A DNA stretch of 43,121 nucleotides from a virus (lineage: Duplodnaviria; Heunggongvirae; Uroviricota; Caudoviricetes). The DNA lies in the IMG/VR virus record IMGVR_UViG_2529292921_000020; one strand, written 5' to 3'. Both the position numbers and the translations under genes were made by a program. Position 1 is the first letter of the stretch. Each line of letters opens with the position of its first letter. Below, one piece after another: positions 37,813 through 43,121 of the stretch. The notes beneath the pieces are model-generated. The model did no database searches, was not told the origin of the DNA, and was given only the letters and a program-made list of their open reading frames with translations.

Positions 37813-39238
37813 TAATGCCAGTCAGTTAAGCAACTGACTGGCTCTTTTTCGGGGCTGTGGGGTATTTCCAGGGCCTCTCCTTTACCACTCTCGGGAAGGC
37901 CCTTTCCCTTCTTGTCGGTAATTTCACAAGTTGTCCCATACTTGCAAGATCGCGCATCAGCTCCGGTATACGTCCCGGTGAAGCGCCCTGCAATGTCATC
38001 AGCATTCTCATCACCATTCCGCATGATTCTGAGAAACTCAGTTGATTCGGCCAGTAACCTTTCAGATGTTCCGCCATTTTAATCATCTGATATCTCACCA
38101 GATTATAAGCCAGTAAGACACCCCACAGCTCTTGCTCCACAAGCTCCGGCTTTTTACTTCTCAGCGTCAGCCTGCTCCGTTGCATCGTCTGTTTTATCTC
38201 CCTGTATCCCAGTTCGATTTCCCAGCGATGACTGTACAGATCCCCCATTTCTCCTCCGGGGAAGCGCATGGCGTCCGTCATCGACGTCAGCAGATGGCAG
38301 ACTTTTCCTTTGCGCGTCACGGTCAGCAGGCGGGCAGTCACTTCATTTCCCAGTCCCGGCCACTTTTTTCGTGCCTGCGGGCTGGTTTTCAGCTTCACCA
38401 GATGATCGCCTTTACCCAGTTTTCTGATCTCTTCATATTGCGCTCCCTTTCTGAGAGGTATCATCCAGTGGCGGTGTTCTCCCGCCAGGCTCCAGGCATT
38501 TAACAGTCCCAGTGAGTAATAACCTTTATCCATTAACGTCAGAGTGTTATCGCCGGTTTGTTCTATAAGTTGCTCAGCAAGCTCATTTTCGCTGTTCTTC
38601 ATCGTGCCGAAGGCTGCAGCCGTCAGCAGATGGCTGGTCAGTTCCATCTGGCAGACCATTTTGACCTGCGGGTAGAGCGCCGGGTTCCCGGCATGTGTCT
38701 GGCGGGGGAAGGCTGCATCGTTCTCTGGTGTATCCGGTGTGCGCCAGAACACACCATCGATGGCCAGCAGGGTCAGGCCGCACCAGTGCGGATGCGGCGT
38801 GGCGTTATGCCAGAGCTGCGCTGTTTTCGTGAACACGCGGCGGACAGCCTCACTTCCCAGGCGCTGGCGGGCCTGAATAACGGCACTGGGGGCAACGAAG
38901 GGGCGATTGCCCGGCAGCATGATGTCCAGGCGATTCACAATCTGGTGAAGAGGTTCTTTACGCTCAAGCGCCATGCCAACAATACACCAGACCATCATTT
39001 CGAGGGGAAGACGGCGCTTGCGTAGCGTTACAGTACCTGATTCGGCAAGGCAACGAGAGATGAGTTCGGGGTCGAGGTAATCCCCCAGAGAAGTCAGTGG
39101 GTTACGCAGAGAATCGTAACGGGATACCAGATCAAGAGCCTGTCCAATGTGCATAAAAAAATCCGGAAACAAGTGAGCGTTTCCGGATTCTTACACAGCC
39201 ACTGGATCGGTCAACTGATCCTTAACTGATCGGCATTA
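37813..39238 (-). mobile_element. IS4, 1426 bp, flanked by 12-bp direct repeat GAACCGCTGAGG
   Basis: Termini TAATGCC... and ...GGCATTA; GAACCGCTGAGG at 37801-37812 and 39239-39250; element length matches IS4. Confidence 0.9.
37826..39154 (-). CDS. insG: IS4 transposase InsG
   Basis: Translation from [30 protein letters not shown]... matches my recollection of E. coli K-12 InsG; the ORF-track start at 39172 is 6 codons upstream of the likely true start. Confidence 0.9.
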   Translation of the reverse strand: MHIGQALDLVSRYDSLRNPLTSLGDYLDPELISRCLAESGTVTLRKRRLPLEMMVWCIVGMALERKEPLHQIVNRLDIMLPGNRPFVAPSAVIQARQRLGSEAVRRVFTKTAQLWHNATPHPHWCGLTLLAIDGVFWRTPDTPENDAAFPRQTHAGNPALYPQVKMVCQMELTSHLLTAAAFGTMKNSENELAEQLIEQTGDNTLTLMDKGYYSLGLLNAWSLAGEHRHWMIPLRKGAQYEEIRKLGKGDHLVKLKTSPQARKKWPGLGNEVTARLLTVTRKGKVCHLLTSMTDAMRFPGGEMGDLYSHRWEIELGYREIKQTMQRSRLTLRSKKPELVEQELWGVLLAYNLVRYQMIKMAEHLKGYWPNQLSFSESCGMVMRMLMTLQGASPGRIPELMRDLASMGQLVKLPTRRERAFPRVVKERPWKYPTAPKKSQSVA

Positions 39239-39278
39239 GAACCGCTGAGGCGGTTTTTTTACGCCCGGAGAAAGGTGA

Positions 39279-42200
39279 ATGGCGACGTTACGTGAACTGA
39301 TTATCAAAATTTCGGCAAATTCGCAGTCATTCCAGTCGGAGATCCAGCGGGCTTCCCGCATGGGCAGTGAATATTACCGGACCCTGCAGAATGGCGGGCG
39401 TCAGGCTGCCGCAGTCGCCCGGGAGCAGCGACGCGCCCTGGCTGAGCTGAACAGCCAGTTGACGGAAATCCGCGCTTCAGCTGCCGGAACGGCGGGGGCA
39501 TTTGCAGGTGCCTTTGCCACCGGACACCTGATTTCTCTGGCCGATGAATGGAGTTCCGTGAATGCCCGACTGAAACAGGCGTCGCAGTCATCCGATGAAT
39601 TTTCGTCATCACAGAAAGTGCTGATGGATATCAGCCAGCGGACGGGCACGGCATTTTCAGATAATGCGGCCCTGTTTGCCCGCTCGGCAGCCTCAATGCG
39701 TGAATATGGTTACAGTGCTGATGATGTGCTGAAGGTGACGGAGGCCATTTCCACGGGGCTGAAAATCTCCGGTGCCAGTACGGCAGAGGCGGGCTCGGTG
39801 ATCACCCAGTTCAGCCAGGCGCTGGCACAGGGTGTGTTACGCGGTGAGGAATTTAATTCGGTCAATGAAAGCGGAGACCGGATCGTACGTGCACTGGCTG
39901 CGGGTATGGGCGTGGCCCGTAAAGACCTTAAGGCGATGGCGGACGACGGCAAACTGACGGCGGATAAAGTCGTTCCTGCGTTAATCAGCCAGCTGGGGGT
40001 ATTGCGTGATGAATATGCCGCCATGCCGGAAACGGTCTCTGACGGGATCACAAAGGTGGAAAACGCCTTTATGGCCTGGGTGGGTGGCGCGAATGAAGCC
40101 AGCGGAGCGACGAAAACGCTCTCCGGCGTGCTGAACGGTGTTGCCGGTAATATTGATAATGTGGCAACAGCCGCTGGGGCGCTGGTTGCCGTCGGGGTTG
40201 CCCGGTACTTTGGCAATATGGCCTCCGGAGCGGTGTCTGCCACGGCAGGACTTGTGACGGCAGCACGTAATGAAGTGGCACTGGCGGAAGCACAGCTCAG
40301 GGGGACGCAGATTGCCACGGCGCGGGCAAGGGCAGCCGTGTACCGTGCACAGCAGGCTGTGGCGGCAGCCCGCGGGACGGAGATGCAGATTGCTGCAGAA
40401 GCCCGTCTGGCGGCCACACAGGAACGCCTGAACAGAAATATTGCTGCCAGAACCGCAGCCCAGAATGCGCTGAACAGTACAACGGCGGTGGGCTCACGTC
40501 TGATGACTGGTGCGTTGGGACTGGTTGGTGGCGTACCCGGACTGGTGATGCTGGGGGCAGCAGCATGGTATACGCTGTACCAGAATCAGGAGCAGGCCAG
40601 GGAGTCAGCGCGCCAGTATGCACTGACGATAGATGAAATCGCGCATAAAACGCTGTCAATGTCTTTGCCTGAAGCCTCAGATAATGAAGGACGAACACGG
40701 GCGGCGCTGGCAGAGCAGAACCGGCTGATTGATGAACAGGCCAGCCGGGTGAAATCCCTGCAGGAAAAAATCGCTGGATATCAGTATGTTCTGGCTAACC
40801 CTGGCTGGACAACCGGTGACGGATTCATGATAAACCATCTGACATCGGTGAAGACCGTGACGGAAGGGCTTTCTCAGGCAACAGAGCAGCTTGCCGTTGA
40901 GCAGTCCCGTCTGGCACAGATGCAGGAAAAAGCGCAGTCCATTCAGGATGTGCTTGCCGGGCTGGAAGACCGTCGTGTGGCGTTAATTCGTCAGCAGGCG
41001 ACAGAGCAGAATAAGGTGTACCAGTCCATGCTGGTTATGAACGGTCAGCATACGGAATTCAACCGTCTGCTGGGGCTGGGTAATGAACTGCTTCAGCAGC
41101 GGCAGGGACTGGTGAATGTGCCGTTACGGCTGCCACAGGCCACTCTGGATGATAAACAGCAGAGTGCCCTGACAAAAACAGAGCGTGAGCTGGCCCTGTC
41201 CAGACTGAAAGGGGAAGAAAAAGAGCGTGTCCGACTGGGGTATGCGGCGGATGACCTCGGTTTTGTGGGTGAACCGTATCAGGAGGCGAGACAACGTTAT
41301 ATCAGTAATGCCCTGGAAGCCTGGCGCAATAACGAGGCGAATAAACCCAAATCCCGGGGTGGAAAATCAGAGACGGAAAAAGCGGAAGACAGTTTTTCCC
41401 GGCTGCTGAAGCAGCAGAAAGAGCAATTGGCACTTGCGGGGCAGAATACAGAGCTGGCGAAGCTGAAATACCAGACTGCGCAGGGCGAACTGAAAACCCT
41501 GACGGAGATGCAGAAGCAGGAACTGCTGCGCAATGCGGCCCTGATTGACCAGCAAAAAATCCGGGAGCAGTTGCGGTCCCGGGAAGAGACCCTGAAGAAT
41601 GATAATGTGGCTGCGCGTGCATCAAATGAAGCGGAACTGCTGGGGTACGGGCAGGGAGAGCGGCTCCGTGAACGCATGCGGGAGTTGCAGCAGATCCGCG
41701 ACAGTTTCCGCCAGAAGGATGCGGACCTTCAGTCTCAGTATCAGACCGGGGATATCAGTGAGGATTTTTACAGACAGGCTCTGGCACAGAACGCGCAGTA
41801 TCTGAGTGAACGTCTGAAAGAGCAGGAAGCCTTTTATGCCGAATCGGATGTGCAGCGTGCGGACTGGCAGAAAGGGCTGCAGGAGGGATTCAGTAACTGG
41901 GTGGATAATGCGTCCGATTACGCCTCACAGGCAGCACAGCTGGCGACGGAGGGTATCTCAGGGATGGTGAATAACATCACGGAGATGCTGAACGGAAATA
42001 AAGTGGAATGGCGCAGCTGGGCCTCATCAGTGCTGCAGGAAATATCAAAAGTTCTTATGAATGCCGCGATTGACAACGGGATCAAGACGGCGGCAAACAG
42101 TATGTCCGGAGCGGGAGGATTTATCGGCAGTATTGGTAGCTGGCTGGGCGGTGCGGTGGCCAATGCAAAAGGCGGGGTGTATACCTCGGCAAACCTGAGT

Positions 42201-42521
42201 GCGTACAGCAACAGTATTGTGGATACGCCCACGTACTTTGCCTTTGCAAAAGGGGCGGGACTGATGGGGGAGGCCGGTCCTGAAGCCATTATGCCCCTGA
42301 CCCGGGCGGCGGATGGCTCGCTGGGTGTGCGAGCGGTGGGCAGTATGAACGGCAGTGCAGGTCTGGTGTATTCCCCGGTCTACCATATCGCCATTCAGAA
42401 TGACGGGACTAATGGCCAGATAGGGCCGGAAGCTGCGGGCAGCCTTGTGCAACTGATTGACCAGCGGGTGCAGGCGGTGATGCTGTCCATGCGACGTGAC
42501 GGAGGAATGCTGAGTGGCTGA
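39279..42521 (+). CDS. Tail tape measure protein (lambda H-like)
   Basis: 1080-aa ORF, alpha-helical and Ala/Gln-rich with Gly-rich hydrophobic segments; located between G-T and M. Confidence 0.85.
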   Translation: MATLRELIIKISANSQSFQSEIQRASRMGSEYYRTLQNGGRQAAAVAREQRRALAELNSQLTEIRASAAGTAGAFAGAFATGHLISLADEWSSVNARLKQASQSSDEFSSSQKVLMDISQRTGTAFSDNAALFARSAASMREYGYSADDVLKVTEAISTGLKISGASTAEAGSVITQFSQALAQGVLRGEEFNSVNESGDRIVRALAAGMGVARKDLKAMADDGKLTADKVVPALISQLGVLRDEYAAMPETVSDGITKVENAFMAWVGGANEASGATKTLSGVLNGVAGNIDNVATAAGALVAVGVARYFGNMASGAVSATAGLVTAARNEVALAEAQLRGTQIATARARAAVYRAQQAVAAARGTEMQIAAEARLAATQERLNRNIAARTAAQNALNSTTAVGSRLMTGALGLVGGVPGLVMLGAAAWYTLYQNQEQARESARQYALTIDEIAHKTLSMSLPEASDNEGRTRAALAEQNRLIDEQASRVKSLQEKIAGYQYVLANPGWTTGDGFMINHLTSVKTVTEGLSQATEQLAVEQSRLAQMQEKAQSIQDVLAGLEDRRVALIRQQATEQNKVYQSMLVMNGQHTEFNRLLGLGNELLQQRQGLVNVPLRLPQATLDDKQQSALTKTERELALSRLKGEEKERVRLGYAADDLGFVGEPYQEARQRYISNALEAWRNNEANKPKSRGGKSETEKAEDSFSRLLKQQKEQLALAGQNTELAKLKYQTAQGELKTLTEMQKQELLRNAALIDQQKIREQLRSREETLKNDNVAARASNEAELLGYGQGERLRERMRELQQIRDSFRQKDADLQSQYQTGDISEDFYRQALAQNAQYLSERLKEQEAFYAESDVQRADWQKGLQEGFSNWVDNASDYASQAAQLATEGISGMVNNITEMLNGNKVEWRSWASSVLQEISKVLMNAAIDNGIKTAANSMSGAGGFIGSIGSWLGGAVANAKGGVYTSANLSAYSNSIVDTPTYFAFAKGAGLMGEAGPEAIMPLTRAADGSLGVRAVGSMNGSAGLVYSPVYHIAIQNDGTNGQIGPEAAGSLVQLIDQRVQAVMLSMRRDGGMLSG

Positions 42522-42855
42522 GATAAAAACGCTGCATCTGGTCCCGCGTGAAGGGATGCAGGTGAGTGAGAAACCGTCGGTGGCGAGGGTACGGTTTGGT
42601 GACGGTTATGAACAGCGCCGCCCGACGGGACTTAATGCCCGACTGAAGACGTTTCAGGCGGTGTTCCGGGTGACGGATGAGGCGACCCGGCGATGGCTGG
42701 AAGAGTTTTTATCGTGGCATGGTGGTTACCGTGCCTTTTTGTGGCGACCGCCGAAACATAACCGGACGGTGAGGGTGGTATGCCGGGAGTGGAGCGTCAC
42801 AGATAACGCCAGGTACAGTGATTTCAGTTGTACGATTGAGCAGGTGGTGAACTGA
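42514..42855 (+). CDS. Minor tail protein M
   Basis: 113-aa ORF overlapping the tape measure stop; lambda gpM-like size and position. Confidence 0.7.
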   Translation: MAEIKTLHLVPREGMQVSEKPSVARVRFGDGYEQRRPTGLNARLKTFQAVFRVTDEATRRWLEEFLSWHGGYRAFLWRPPKHNRTVRVVCREWSVTDNARYSDFSCTIEQVVN

Positions 42856-43121
42856 TGCAGGATATTCACGAAGAAAGTCTGAACGAGTCGGTTAAATCAG
42901 AGCAGTCACCGCGGGTGGTACTCTGGGAAATCGACCTGACGGTACAGGGTGGTGAGCGGTATTTTTTCTGCAATGAGCTGAATGAAAAAGGGGAGGCGGT
43001 TACCTGGCAGGGGCGGCAATATCAGGCATACCCGATTGACGGCAGTGGCTTTGAGATGAACGGGAAGGGCAGCAGTGCCCGCCCGTCGCTGACGGTGTCG
43101 AATCTGTTCGGTCTGGTCACC
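42855..43121 (+). CDS. Minor tail protein L, N-terminal part (runs off the window)
   Basis: Open frame from ATG at 42855 to the window end (MQDIHEESLNESVKSEQSPRVVLWEIDLTVQGGERYFFCNE...); follows M as in lambda. Confidence 0.65.
   Translation, partial: MQDIHEESLNESVKSEQSPRVVLWEIDLTVQGGERYFFCNELNEKGEAVTWQGRQYQAYPIDGSGFEMNGKGSSARPSLTVSNLFGLVT

Noticed and set aside
39304-42452. Multiple minus-strand ORFs (62-235 aa) overlapping the tape measure gene
   Set aside because: All are antisense to the 1080-aa tape measure ORF and have Ala/Arg/Pro/Ser-rich low-complexity translations typical of shadow frames.

Overview
This window reads as the left arm and late region of a lambdoid prophage, running from the integrase stop at position 1 to a truncated tail gene L at the right edge. 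All calls come from reading the sequence and ORF translations by eye; no searches were run, so family names rest on recalled motifs and gene order. Layout: int-xis-exonuclease on the minus strand; a Rac/Qin-like immunity region (leftward repressor, divergent Cro/YdaS-like and YdaT-like genes, operator palindromes); a replication gene with internal iterons; DUF968, RusA and a Q-like antiterminator; a promoter-driven three-tRNA cluster; a NanS-p-like esterase; a pinholin / SAR-endolysin / Rz-Rz1 lysis cassette; HNH, terminase small and large subunits; an HK97-type head module; and a lambda-type tail (V, G/T, tape measure, M, L). There is no stx gene at the usual Stx-phage position between the tRNAs and nanS-p. 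Four insertion sequences interrupt the prophage, three with target-site duplications I could read directly and one without a readable duplication: IS100-like (IS21 family), an IS66-family element, an IS50-like element and IS4. The repressor gene and one accessory gene appear frameshifted in homopolymer runs. The best candidate for an undescribed system is an AT-rich, translationally coupled three-gene minus-strand operon (11818-13964) whose last gene carries a clear PD-(D/E)xK nuclease motif; it sits next to hokD, where Qin carries relBE. Secondary candidates are a tandem array of four small hydrophobic peptide ORFs between endolysin and Rz, an AT-rich convergent gene pair near the immunity region, a strongly acidic small early protein, and a 4 x 162-bp in-frame tandem repeat in the portal gene. 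Hand-counted coordinates may be off by 1-2 bp.
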